DNA from: an uncultured Chloroflexia bacterium
GTDB taxonomy: Bacteria > Chloroflexota > Anaerolineae > B4-G1 > SLSP01
Assembly (NCBI GenBank): GCA_963751345.1
Contig: CAVVUS010000048.1
Coordinates: forward strand, 35,477-99,476
Reading direction: 5' to 3'
DNA: 64,000 bases
Shown here: in pieces, positions 1 to 9,269 of the stretch
How positions within the stretch are numbered: position 1 is the first letter of the stretch
Layout: every line of letters starts with the position of its first letter
The notes under the pieces: generated by a model
What the model saw: only the letters and a program-made list of their open reading frames with translations
Told to the model about the DNA's origin: nothing
Database searches by the model: none
Position numbers and translations under genes: made by a program

Positions 1-26
1 GACAACGCCTGTGCCTACGCTATAAT
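1..26 (+). promoter_or_regulatory. Putative sigma70 promoter of the S1-domain gene
   Basis: TATAAT at 21-26; GACA at 1-4 may be the end of a TTGACA -35 cut by the window edge; RBS TAAGGAG at 62-68 before ATG 80. Confidence 0.55.
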
Positions 27-79
27 ATGCAGTCGTTGTGACTAGCAGCGATTTACATGTCTAAGGAGTTAGTGAGCGA

Positions 80-799
80 ATGCCGGAAGAGACGACGCAA
101 CAACCCACATCAATAGAAGGGCTTCAGCCGAAGATGCAGTTGCAGGGAACGGTCACCCGCACCGAGCTCTACGGCGCTTTCGTGGATGTGGGCGTGGATT
201 ACGACGGACTTATTCATATCTCCCGCCTTGCCACGGGCCGAGTCCGCAAAGTGACCGACGTGGTCAACGTCGGTGACAAGGTCTCCGTCTGGGTACAGAG
301 CATCGACCCTGATCGTGGCCGTATTGCCCTGACGATGGTGGAGCCACCGGACCTGGAGTGGCACGAGATCGAGGTCGGCCAGGTCTACGAGGGTCAGGTC
401 GTGCGCGTCGAGCGCTACGGCGTCTTCGTCGATATTGGTGCCGAGCGCCCCGGCTTGCTCCACGTCCGCGAGATGGGTTCCTACGTGCGCAGGCCTGAGG
501 AGGTCGCCCGGATGGGTGACACGATTCGTGTCGATATCCGTGCTGTGGACCCCCGCAAGCGCCAGATCGACCTGGCCCTGCACAACGAGGAAACCAGCTA
601 CGAGGCCGTTGAGGAGCCCGAGGAAGAGCAGGGCCTCTCGCCGATGGAGATCGCCTTCTTGCAGGCCCAAGCGCAGGCTGAGGCCGAACGCAGCACCCGC
701 CGCTTCAAGGGTGAGCGAGGTGATCGAGGTGGGCGGAGGGGTCGTGGTGGGCGCGACGATATGGAGGATATCTATCGTCGTACCCTCGAGGACAGCTAG
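80..799 (+). CDS. S1 RNA-binding domain protein (two S1 domains, RG-rich C-terminal tail)
   Basis: Two S1 motifs YGAFVDVG...GLIHISRL and YGVFVDIG...GLLHVREM; strong RBS. Confidence 0.85.
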   Translation: MPEETTQQPTSIEGLQPKMQLQGTVTRTELYGAFVDVGVDYDGLIHISRLATGRVRKVTDVVNVGDKVSVWVQSIDPDRGRIALTMVEPPDLEWHEIEVGQVYEGQVVRVERYGVFVDIGAERPGLLHVREMGSYVRRPEEVARMGDTIRVDIRAVDPRKRQIDLALHNEETSYEAVEEPEEEQGLSPMEIAFLQAQAQAEAERSTRRFKGERGDRGGRRGRGGRDDMEDIYRRTLEDS

Positions 800-813
800 G
801 TCTCGGTCCGTCG

Positions 814-835
814 GGGCGGCCCCGAAAGGCCGCCC
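814..835. terminator. GC-rich hairpin (terminator or degenerate REP) between convergent genes
   Basis: GGGCGGCC-ccgaaa-GGCCGCCC immediately after the S1 gene stop. Confidence 0.5.
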
Positions 836-970
836 TATCGCCCTCTGAGTTTCCCCAGACCGTTCCCCCTGGCCGGTTTGGCGATGTTTGCTTTGCGCAG
901 GGACAGGACCCGCTCGCCGCGCAGGAGCTAGCGCAGCTTGCCGGAGCCCGGTCGCGGTCCCTCTACCCCC

Positions 971-1744
971 CTACCCTCCGGACTGGGCTATGGCCTCGTC
1001 AATGACCTGGCGGATGCGGTCCGGCACGTCGCCCGCGATCTCGTGCCCGTTGATGAAGAACGTCGGGGTCGAGTTAACGCCCTGGTAATCGGTGAAGACG
1101 ATCTCCTGAATCGCGGCATTGTACCGCCCATCGGCCTGGCACTGTGTGAAGGCGGTCTGATCTATGCCGGCCAGCCGGGCCGCCCGGCTCGTGTCGTATT
1201 CGCCCACCTCGACCAACTGGAAGAGCGCGTGTCTGTACTCAAAGTACCGGCCTTGCTCGGCTGCGCACATCTCTGCCAGAACGGCGCCCTGTTGTACGGT
1301 GTTGGCGAAGCCGAAGTAATGATCCACATAGCGGACCTTGCCGGTTGCCACGTAGTCTTTGAGGATGCCCTCAAGGCTGTTCAGGTGGAAGTCGCGGCAG
1401 TGGCTGCAAAAGATGTCGCTGTACTCCACGACCGTGACGGGCGCGTCAGCGCTGCCCAACGCCGGTAGCCACTGGTGCCCGGCCCCTAGCCCGGCCGGGT
1501 CCGGGTAGGCGTACTGTGTGGGGCCGTTGTCGTACGAGAGGCCGGTCACTCCTGCCAACCACTCCTCGGCGCGCGGGCCCTTGCCTGGCGACTGTGGGCT
1601 CAGTAAGTTGCGCCCGATGACAATTGCCGCGATCACAACCACCACGCCGCCGACTGCCCACGGTAGCCATCTCGATGTCTGTTGCTGGCGCCTTCGCCGC
1701 CGGTATTGGGGCGCCCGACCAACGCCCTTGGTGCTCTTTGCCAT
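971..1744 (-). CDS. DsbA/thioredoxin-fold disulfide oxidoreductase, N-terminally membrane anchored
   Basis: GSADAPVTVVEYSDIFCSHC active site; GVNSTPTFFING cis-Pro loop; Arg-rich N-terminus followed by a TM helix. Confidence 0.85.
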   Translation of the reverse strand: MAKSTKGVGRAPQYRRRRRQQQTSRWLPWAVGGVVVVIAAIVIGRNLLSPQSPGKGPRAEEWLAGVTGLSYDNGPTQYAYPDPAGLGAGHQWLPALGSADAPVTVVEYSDIFCSHCRDFHLNSLEGILKDYVATGKVRYVDHYFGFANTVQQGAVLAEMCAAEQGRYFEYRHALFQLVEVGEYDTSRAARLAGIDQTAFTQCQADGRYNAAIQEIVFTDYQGVNSTPTFFINGHEIAGDVPDRIRQVIDEAIAQSGG

Positions 1745-1749
1745 GGGTC

Positions 1750-4167
1750 TTATCTCCTCACAACGATAGGTTTACACAGAACAACAGCGTCCGCTCGCTG
1801 CCCGCATCCGGCGCTCAGCACCGGCAGCCGCGCGTCGCCTTCTGATAGAGTATACAATCCAACCGACAACATGTACGTGCCATCGGGAAGATCCGGCGGC
1901 AATTGCAGCCGGTGCTTGTCGCTGACGTACCGGTCGGTCGGCCAGAGGTCCGTTGGGAATCCTCCGGGATTCAGGTGATCCGACTGGCTCCAGATGGTGT
2001 CCTCGGGGCTCACCAGGTGGACGAAGGATTGGTAGGTGGCTGTGATCGGCCGCTGGGCTTCCCAGTAGAGCGTGACGTCCAGGGGCGAGCCAGGCCGAAC
2101 AGTCTCCGCCGACAGATCGAATCCCAGGAGCGCTACCTGCCCGCTGAGGTCTGCGCTCTGCCGGTAGTCGGCGCTACGCGCCTCTCCTATCGGTGACGTG
2201 GGATGCAGCCAGGCCGCGCGGTCAAGCCACGTTACCTTGACGGCGACTGTCAGGGCGCAGATGGCCACCACCCCGAGGGCGACGCTTCTCCGCGCATACG
2301 TCTGTTGGTCCGAGACCTTTGGGGTTTCCTTCTCAAGCACGTGCGTGGTCGACGAAGAAACCCCAAAGGTCTTCGCCGATCGCTGCCATGTCGTCACACC
2401 CATCGCTATCAGGGCTAGACAACCGAGCCCCGACACGACCCAGCCAACCGTCCGCGCGGGCGTTGTGCCGAACCGCACGACCACCTCGTGACTGCCCGAC
2501 GGCACCGGAATGGTGATGAACCCCTCGGGCTGTGCAACCGTGATCTGCACCTGCGTTCCATCTACGTAGGCGCGCCAACCGGGGAACTGAAAGAGGAAGA
2601 GCCGTAGCGTGAAGCTCTCCGCCGAGGACACGGCAAATCGGTTGATCCACGGCTTGTCCGGCACGACGGTCACGTTGGTGAACGGTGGGAGCGTTGCCCG
2701 ATTCACCCGATCGATGGGAGGATCTGCATAGGATGCCACGAGCGTCGGCTGGGGGCCGGGAATCATCGTCACGGTCGTGGGCACGAAGTCATTGGTCGAC
2801 GTCGTCCCGCGCCACCTGCCCTCCAACTCGGCGGCGATGAGGGTCTCGGGCGTGATCCGACCAAAGCCGGAGCTCCAAGGCAGCGGGTAGAGTCCTGTGA
2901 GCCCCCCGGCGATGAGCACGAGCGCTCCCAAGGGAGTCAGTAATACGGCTGATCCTGTACGCTGTGGAGCCTTGTCGCTTGGCCAGAGCGCTACTATGGG
3001 GTTGTAGAGGCCGACGGTTCAAATCCGTCCTCCCCGACTCGGTACCCGGAAGGCCGTCCGCGAGCGCAGCGATCAAGGGGACGAGCATCGCCGCGCTCGG
3101 TCCCAAAAACCGCCACGGGAACTGATAGTAGGCCAGACCGGGGAGATGCTCCCAGGCCACTAGGCTGCTGCGTGTCGTCAGCCAGAGTAGGATACCCCCC
3201 GCTGCGGCGTAGAAGCCCAAGCCCCGCCGCCAGGTGGTCAGGGCCGCGAATATGAGGCCTGCCGCCGCGAGGATCAGGATCTGGGGGCCTGCGGTCATAG
3301 GGACGTTCGCTGCGGTCGCGCGCCGGTCAATCGGCGTCACCCAGGCCAGAAGATCGCGCAGCGCGACGAAGTGATTGCGGAAGTCGTAGTGTCCGTCTCC
3401 GGCAACATTGAGTTGCACTGCCGAGCGCTCCAATAGAAAAGGGAGCCAGAAGAACGCCGTGATGAGCACGAAAGTAGCGCCGGCAGCGAGGGCCAGCGCC
3501 AGATGCGGGTGCCGTCGGAATCTCCAATGCCACAGCGAGAGCCCCGCGACCAGCGCCAGGCAGGTAAGCCCCGTCAGGTTGTGGCTCAGAAAGACCGCGG
3601 ATGTCGACATCACCGCAGCAACCCCGTTGCCCGCGGTGCCCCTCCTCCAGACCTGCTCCCAGCTCCACAGTGCCCACGGCAGGCACGCCAGTGCAAAGGT
3701 CTCGGCCAGATCGCCCCTGACGTAGGGGTTGATGAGCTGGATATATGGGGCAAACGCATAGGCTAGCGCACCCAACAGCCCCCCACCCTCGCCGCCAAAG
3801 AGGCGGCCGAGCATGAAGGCTCCGACCGCGCCGATGACGTGCGCGAGGATAAAGCACGCCTTGGCGCCGATCGGCTGCAAGCTCCGGCTGGCCAAGCGTC
3901 AGCAGGTGTCCGAGGTAATAGGTCAGTGGGGCATAGTAGTTGAAGATCGGGTAGCCGAGACCGTAGTAGAAGTCCGGAGCCCAACGAGGGTACAGGTTCC
4001 CCGCGGCCAGGCTGAATCCCAACTCAGCAGTGCGATAGACGTGGAGCTCGGCATCGGTGCCCTTGGGCAGTCCTCCATTCTGAAAGCACGCCCAGGCCGA
4101 CATCAGCCCTATTCCCAGCGGCAGCCACCAGCAGCAAGGCAAGCGGAAGCCGGCAGGCGCTTCGCAT
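1750..4167 (-). CDS. GT-C-like polytopic membrane protein (PTPS-related/YfhO-like), frameshifted across ORFs 3327-4142, 2789-3895 and 1750-2931
   Basis: YPRWAPDFYYGLGYPIFNYYAPL, RGDLAE, QFPWRFL and FPGWRAYVDG motifs; many TM helices; C-terminal extracellular Ig-like domain (VTLYWEA...YMLSVGLY). Confidence 0.7.
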
Positions 4168-4235
4168 AGCCAGTTTATTCATTTCGGAACACAAATCAGA
4201 TGGGCGTGGGGTGATGGGTGTATGACTACGCGAAC

Positions 4236-4932
4236 TCAATGACGCGGACGGGGCTCAAAGCGAAAGCCGTGCCCGCGGACCGTGACGACATAGTTGTGGT
4301 CAGCGTCCAGTTCAGCCAGTCGTTCCCGCAGCCGGTAGATCAGAGCATCGAGTGCCTGATCCGTCACTCCCCCGGTAGCGTCGGGCCATACGGCCTGGAT
4401 GACGCGCTCGCGAGTCACGACTGCGCCGGAGGCATCAATCATGAGTGCAAGTAGGATGAACTGGGCGGGCGACAGCGGTGGATCGAGGATCTCGCGACCA
4501 AGGCTGAGCTGACGCGTGGCCTGGTTCAGCTCGAGATAGTCGTGGAACTCGGGCTGGTTCTACAGCATCGGTAAGCGGCATCGTGGCGTCGCCCGCCACA
4601 AAGCCGATCTGGAGCGCTCCGGCTAACGAGATCTCATCACCGTCCCGCAGGCGGTACGGCATGCCGCGGACAGCCTCGCCATTCACGGCTGTGCCATTCC
4701 GGCTCCCGAGGTCCCGGACGACATAGCCGTTGGCGTCCCGCTCGACTCTGGCGTGATACCTGGAGACTTGGCGCTCGGGTAGCACGATGTCGCAGTCCTT
4801 TGCCCGGCCAAGCGTCACGGAGTCTGACACGAGGGGCCAGCGGCTCCCTGCCAAGGCCCCTTTGTAGATGACGAGAATCGGGTTGTTGTTCTGGCTCGGT
4901 TCATGCATGACGGGCAACACCTCCTCTATCAC
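4236..4932 (-). CDS. FHA domain + C-terminal OmpR-type winged-helix transcriptional regulator (frameshifted near 4440-4530)
   Basis: FHA motifs LGRAKDCDIVL..VSRYHA and DLGSRNGTAVNG; wHTH VVTRERVIQAVWP...LIYRLRERL...VTVRGHGFRF in the downstream frame. Confidence 0.8.
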
Positions 4933-4986
4933 GCGACCACTGCGAGAGTTCGTACACCTCTCCGCAGAGCTTCGCGCGGTCCATTC

Positions 4987-5015
4987 TTGACATTATACCA
5001 GCCCCGCGATATCAT
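4987..5015. promoter_or_regulatory. Overlapping divergent sigma70 promoters (kinase on +, FHA regulator on -)
   Basis: + strand TTGACA(4987-4992)-17 nt-TATCAT(5010-5015); - strand extended -10 TGgTATAAT (5000-4992). Confidence 0.65.
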
Positions 5016-5023
5016 CAAAACCC

Positions 5024-6004
5024 ATGGCAAAGCTGCTCGAGTCCCAAGTGCTGCTCAAGAACCGCTACATGATCGCCGGCCCGATCGGCCAAGGCGGGAT
5101 GGGCGCAGTCTACCGGGCCGAGGATACGCTCCTCGCAGGGCGTATCTGTGCCGTCAAGGAAATCGCGCCCGAGGCCGACGCCAGCGAGGAGTCCCTGAGT
5201 CAGATCCAGGAGCAGTTCAGGCAGGAGGCGTCCGTCCTGGCGCGCCTCGATCACCCCAACCTGCCCAAAGTCTCGGACTACTTCACACAGGATGGTCGCG
5301 AGTATCTGGTGATGGATTACATCCCGGGGCACAACCTACGCGAATTGGTGGATCAGGCGCTATCGGAGCACCACTTCCTGGAGGAGTCCCGTGTGCTCGA
5401 TTGGGCCGGGCAGCTCTGCAGTGCACTGAGCTTCTTGCACAGCCAGGACCCGCCCGTGCTCCATAGGGACATCAAACCCAGCAACATCAAAGTGACCCCT
5501 TCGGGTCTGCTGAAACTCGTGGACTTCGGTCTCGTCAAACTGCTCACGAGCGACGAGGCCCGCACCGTGACGGTCGTGCAGGGCCAGGGCACCGCGGCCT
5601 ACACACCTCTCGAACAATACGGCGGGGATGACTCGCACACAGACGTCCGGACCGACGTCTATGCGCTGGGGGCCACGCTCTACCACCTTCTCACCGGGCG
5701 GACACCGGCGACGGCCAGGGAGCGCTTTCTGCGCCCGGGCGCGCTGATTCCACCGCGCGAGATCAACCCTCACGTTTCCCCGGGCGTGGAAAGGGCCATC
5801 CTCCATGCGCTCGCGCTCCACCCCGACAATCGTCCCGAGAGCGTCGCACAGTTTGCCGCAGCCCTGCAGGGAGCGCAGCTTCCCTCGTCGCTGGCCCCCT
5901 TGATTCTGACCGGAGACGAGTGGCGCGCCACGTTGCGGAGGAATCTGCCACTCCTGGTTGCCGCTGGTATCCTGATCGCCGCTGCGGTCCTGATTACTCC
6001 CTGA
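5024..6004 (+). CDS. Hanks-type Ser/Thr protein kinase with C-terminal TM helix
   Basis: GQGGMGAVY, AVKE, HRDIKPSN, DFG and DVYALG motifs; hydrophobic C-terminus with no extracellular domain. Confidence 0.92.
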   Translation: MAKLLESQVLLKNRYMIAGPIGQGGMGAVYRAEDTLLAGRICAVKEIAPEADASEESLSQIQEQFRQEASVLARLDHPNLPKVSDYFTQDGREYLVMDYIPGHNLRELVDQALSEHHFLEESRVLDWAGQLCSALSFLHSQDPPVLHRDIKPSNIKVTPSGLLKLVDFGLVKLLTSDEARTVTVVQGQGTAAYTPLEQYGGDDSHTDVRTDVYALGATLYHLLTGRTPATARERFLRPGALIPPREINPHVSPGVERAILHALALHPDNRPESVAQFAAALQGAQLPSSLAPLILTGDEWRATLRRNLPLLVAAGILIAAAVLITP

Positions 6005-6042
6005 CCGCGGCAGCACCATCGGCGGGAGATTCTACGCGGGAC

Positions 6043-6096
6043 TGCGAGACCTCTCCTCGCTGCGAGGCCTCCGCTCGCTGCGAGACCTCTGCTCGC
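6043..6096. repeat. 3 x 18-bp tandem repeat, each unit a mini-hairpin
   Basis: TGCGAGACCTCTCCTCGC / TGCGAGGCCTCCGCTCGC / TGCGAGACCTCTGCTCGC. Confidence 0.8.
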
Positions 6097-6181
6097 GCAG
6101 GTTGAGCGCGGCTTCCCACCTGGGCCGGCACACCGTCGCCGCCCCGCCCGCCTGTGGGTGCGCTGTCCAGATCCAGGCCCT

Positions 6182-9049
6182 TCAAGCGGTTGGCTCGGTG
6201 TACCCGATCGAGAGCGGCCAGGCAGCAGCTTCTTCGTGAGTTGGAACCGCAGAGGCCACCGAGAAAGTGAGCAGTCCTGCAGCGGCGACAGCCACCGCTA
6301 CCAGGTACTCGCGTCCCACCAAGGCAAAGCGCACGAAGGGCAGCCACCAGCGGGCCGCTGCCATCAGTACGATGTATCCACAAAGGCTGCCGATCATGCT
6401 GGATAGCGCCACCATCGTAGCCAAGTCGGCGCTCTGCGACCGTTCCCTGGACCACAGATAGGCCACCACAAAGATGCCAAATGATGCGGCCAGCGCCCAA
6501 CGTATCAAAGCCCCGCGGCTTGGCTGCGGCAGCAGCGGATGGTCGGGAAGCTGGCCAAGCTTCGCCGGCACAGGGTTCGGTGTCGCGGTCGGCAACGGCG
6601 CAGGAGTAAGCGTGGGAGACGGCGTCACCGTGGGCACTTCCGTTGGCTCGATCTCCGTGATCGTCACGCCGTCGTCGCGGATTGTCAGCTCCAGCCGCGT
6701 CGATGAGACAGCGGGCTCCGACTGCGCCGTAACATCCAGCTGTCCCACACGATCGAGCGAGATGGAGGCATTGGCAATGCCATCTGCGGTCTCGCCCACG
6801 ACGCTGTTCCGCGAGCCTTCCTGAGGATAACTGAGGTTGAACTGTACCGGCGTGCCGTCGGGAACAACGTGCCCGTTGCCATCGACAATGACCCCGGTCT
6901 CCAGATAGAGCACGTCGCCCACATGGATATCGGACTTCGCCGTCGTCGTCAGCTCATTGCCGGCCTCATCCACAATGGCGAGCGATATCGTCTGATCGGG
7001 GTTCGGCATCATCTGTTCAGAGAGCGTGTAGTTCAGCGCCGGGATGTCCACTGGGGAAGCCCCGGGCGCCAACACATCCTGGAAGAGTGCGCGGACGCCC
7101 GTCTCGACAAAGGCGCTCCCCGGCGAGTAGAGCGCGTAGTACTCCGCCAGCTTACTGAGCTCTGTCGTATCCAGTTCATAGGGTGGCCCGAAGGCCAATA
7201 CCACCATGCGCGCGTCAAGAAGGTTGGCCTGCGTCGCAAGGAACCGCTTCAGCCCCAGACTGGTCGGGTCGTCGGGATCGATGCCTGCGGTTGCGAAGAT
7301 GATCCATCCTGCATTGCGTAGCGCACTGCGCACCGCTGTGACCTGGTCTGGCAGTGGCGCCTGCCCCTCGGCGACCGCGGCAGGCGCATCCATGGACTGG
7401 ATCAAGTCCTTGAAGCTGAAGCCCCGCACCGAGGCGGTCCGCACCACGCCCATCCCACTGGGACCGTAGAAGCGCAGGATAGCCTGGGGGATCATATCGG
7501 CGTCGAGCAACTTCACCGGATCCAGGCCGTCGCCCACAGAAATCTGCCGCTCCTGCGTGAAGACCACGATGGATTCGCCGTCCTGCGGCGGCGAGGGCAA
7601 CAAGTCCTCCGACAACGGGAAGACCAGCGAGAGTCCTTCCAACGCCGTCTGGGTGGCCACCGCCTCGCCCGACCCAGATGCTGCCAGCAGAACCTCGGTC
7701 TCCTTCTGCAAAGCGTCGATGCTGAACGAAGGCATAATCCGGAGCTTCATCGACAGGATACGATAGACGGCACTGTCCACCTGGGCCTGGAACGTGGGCT
7801 CGTCGACGTACCGCGCGGTCAGGAACTTGAGCGTGTCACGCACGTTTGCGAAGTGAACGCTCCAGTTGGTCTCGGAGCCAAAGCGATCCAGAATCATCAG
7901 GTCATTGCCCGCGCTGAGCGCGTCCTGGGTCACCCGCCGTGCATTGAACGTAAGGCCAGTCGGATCGTAAAGCAGTTGTACGGAGGGCAGCCCCAGGTTG
8001 TCGGCGATCAGCACGCCACCCGCCGTCCGCCACGGCTCGACCTCCTTGAGGCTGGTCACCAACTGCAGGGCCGGCGCGTCAAGGCTGATGGGTCGCGTCG
8101 TGCGCCGGATATTGTTGCCCTGGAAGCCACGATAGCGGATGTGCGTGACCAGGAACGCGTCAGCCGCGTCCTCGGCCGTGCCGGGCAGGCTCTTGGCGGC
8201 TGCGAAGAAGGGGACGAGCTCGATCTGCTTGAGCTGCTCCAGCGGCTCCTGGACCGTCGGCACCTCGTCCTCGAGGGGGCGGTCGGCACTGCCCAGTCCC
8301 GGTAGATGGCGCGGCGCCACGGCCAACTGTCCCCCGGCGCCCTCGTGAAGGCCGGCGATATAGGCCGTACCCATCTCGCCAACCCAGAAGGGATCGCCTC
8401 CGAATACTTGCGTGCCAAGGTCCGCCGGATCGCCGGGCTTCGGCGTATAGAGCACGTCAAGATCGGGCCCCAGGTAGAGGTTGAAGCCGAGCGCGTTGAG
8501 CTCGGCGCCCATCACTTCGCCCGCAGCTTTCGATAGATCGGGGTCCCACGTCGCGCCGAGCGCCATCGACGTCGGGAGATCCGACGCCCCCGAGATGAGT
8601 TCGACCGGGGCGACACCCGCGTCCGCAGCCTGTAGCCCGATCAGCAAGGGAATATACGGGGAGGCGCCGGAACTACTCGGATCTTCGCTGGGAGGGAGAA
8701 CTCCTGCGGCAGCAGCGTCCCAGGCAAGCGCCTGGAGCTGGTTGGTGATGGAGATCATGTCAGCGGTGCCCATACCGGAAGCACCGAAGTTGCCGTTCTG
8801 CGGACGCAGCAGAACACCACCGATCCGGTATGTACGGATAAGCTCGGCGATCTCGGACGCCTGACCCACGTCGGTTCCGGGATAGGTGACAAGCGCAAGC
8901 TGGCCTATCTTGGCCTCGGGGGTCATCCGAGCCATGAGCGCCATAACGGGATCGTTGGTTGCTTCCTGGGCACGCAACGGTGGGACGACCGTGAACAGGA
9001 GCAGCAGGAGCAGCAACACGACCCCGCGACGAGATGCACGGGACTTCAT
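6182..9049 (-). CDS. Glycoside hydrolase family 3 (NagZ-like) multidomain membrane-anchored protein with Ig-like domain, PT linker and C-terminal TM helices
   Basis: Signal peptide; MTPEAKIGQL, LPTSMALGATWD, GFNLYLGPDLDV, FGGDPFWV, RHLPGLG, AGNDL; three C-terminal hydrophobic segments. Confidence 0.8.
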   Translation of the reverse strand: MKSRASRRGVVLLLLLLLFTVVPPLRAQEATNDPVMALMARMTPEAKIGQLALVTYPGTDVGQASEIAELIRTYRIGGVLLRPQNGNFGASGMGTADMISITNQLQALAWDAAAAGVLPPSEDPSSSGASPYIPLLIGLQAADAGVAPVELISGASDLPTSMALGATWDPDLSKAAGEVMGAELNALGFNLYLGPDLDVLYTPKPGDPADLGTQVFGGDPFWVGEMGTAYIAGLHEGAGGQLAVAPRHLPGLGSADRPLEDEVPTVQEPLEQLKQIELVPFFAAAKSLPGTAEDAADAFLVTHIRYRGFQGNNIRRTTRPISLDAPALQLVTSLKEVEPWRTAGGVLIADNLGLPSVQLLYDPTGLTFNARRVTQDALSAGNDLMILDRFGSETNWSVHFANVRDTLKFLTARYVDEPTFQAQVDSAVYRILSMKLRIMPSFSIDALQKETEVLLAASGSGEAVATQTALEGLSLVFPLSEDLLPSPPQDGESIVVFTQERQISVGDGLDPVKLLDADMIPQAILRFYGPSGMGVVRTASVRGFSFKDLIQSMDAPAAVAEGQAPLPDQVTAVRSALRNAGWIIFATAGIDPDDPTSLGLKRFLATQANLLDARMVVLAFGPPYELDTTELSKLAEYYALYSPGSAFVETGVRALFQDVLAPGASPVDIPALNYTLSEQMMPNPDQTISLAIVDEAGNELTTTAKSDIHVGDVLYLETGVIVDGNGHVVPDGTPVQFNLSYPQEGSRNSVVGETADGIANASISLDRVGQLDVTAQSEPAVSSTRLELTIRDDGVTITEIEPTEVPTVTPSPTLTPAPLPTATPNPVPAKLGQLPDHPLLPQPSRGALIRWALAASFGIFVVAYLWSRERSQSADLATMVALSSMIGSLCGYIVLMAAARWWLPFVRFALVGREYLVAVAVAAAGLLTFSVASAVPTHEEAAAWPLSIGYTEPTA

Positions 9050-9269
9050 ACTTGATTCTCCTCCGCCGCCATTGTAACGCATCGGCGCCCGATAGGCAAA
9101 TCATGTTGTCATCCCATCAATGTCTGGTACACTCGAACCATCCGAGAGACCCAACATGACAAGACCTAACTCCGACAACCTTCGGCGTGGTTTCTGCCCG
9201 GCAATGAAGATACTCCCTGATGCGTCCGCCATCTCGCCACACGACACCGCAGAAGCGCAGGATTTGACC

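Noticed and set aside
6043-6096. Possible mini-CRISPR
   Set aside because: Units are contiguous 18-mers with no spacers, and no cas genes are present in the window.
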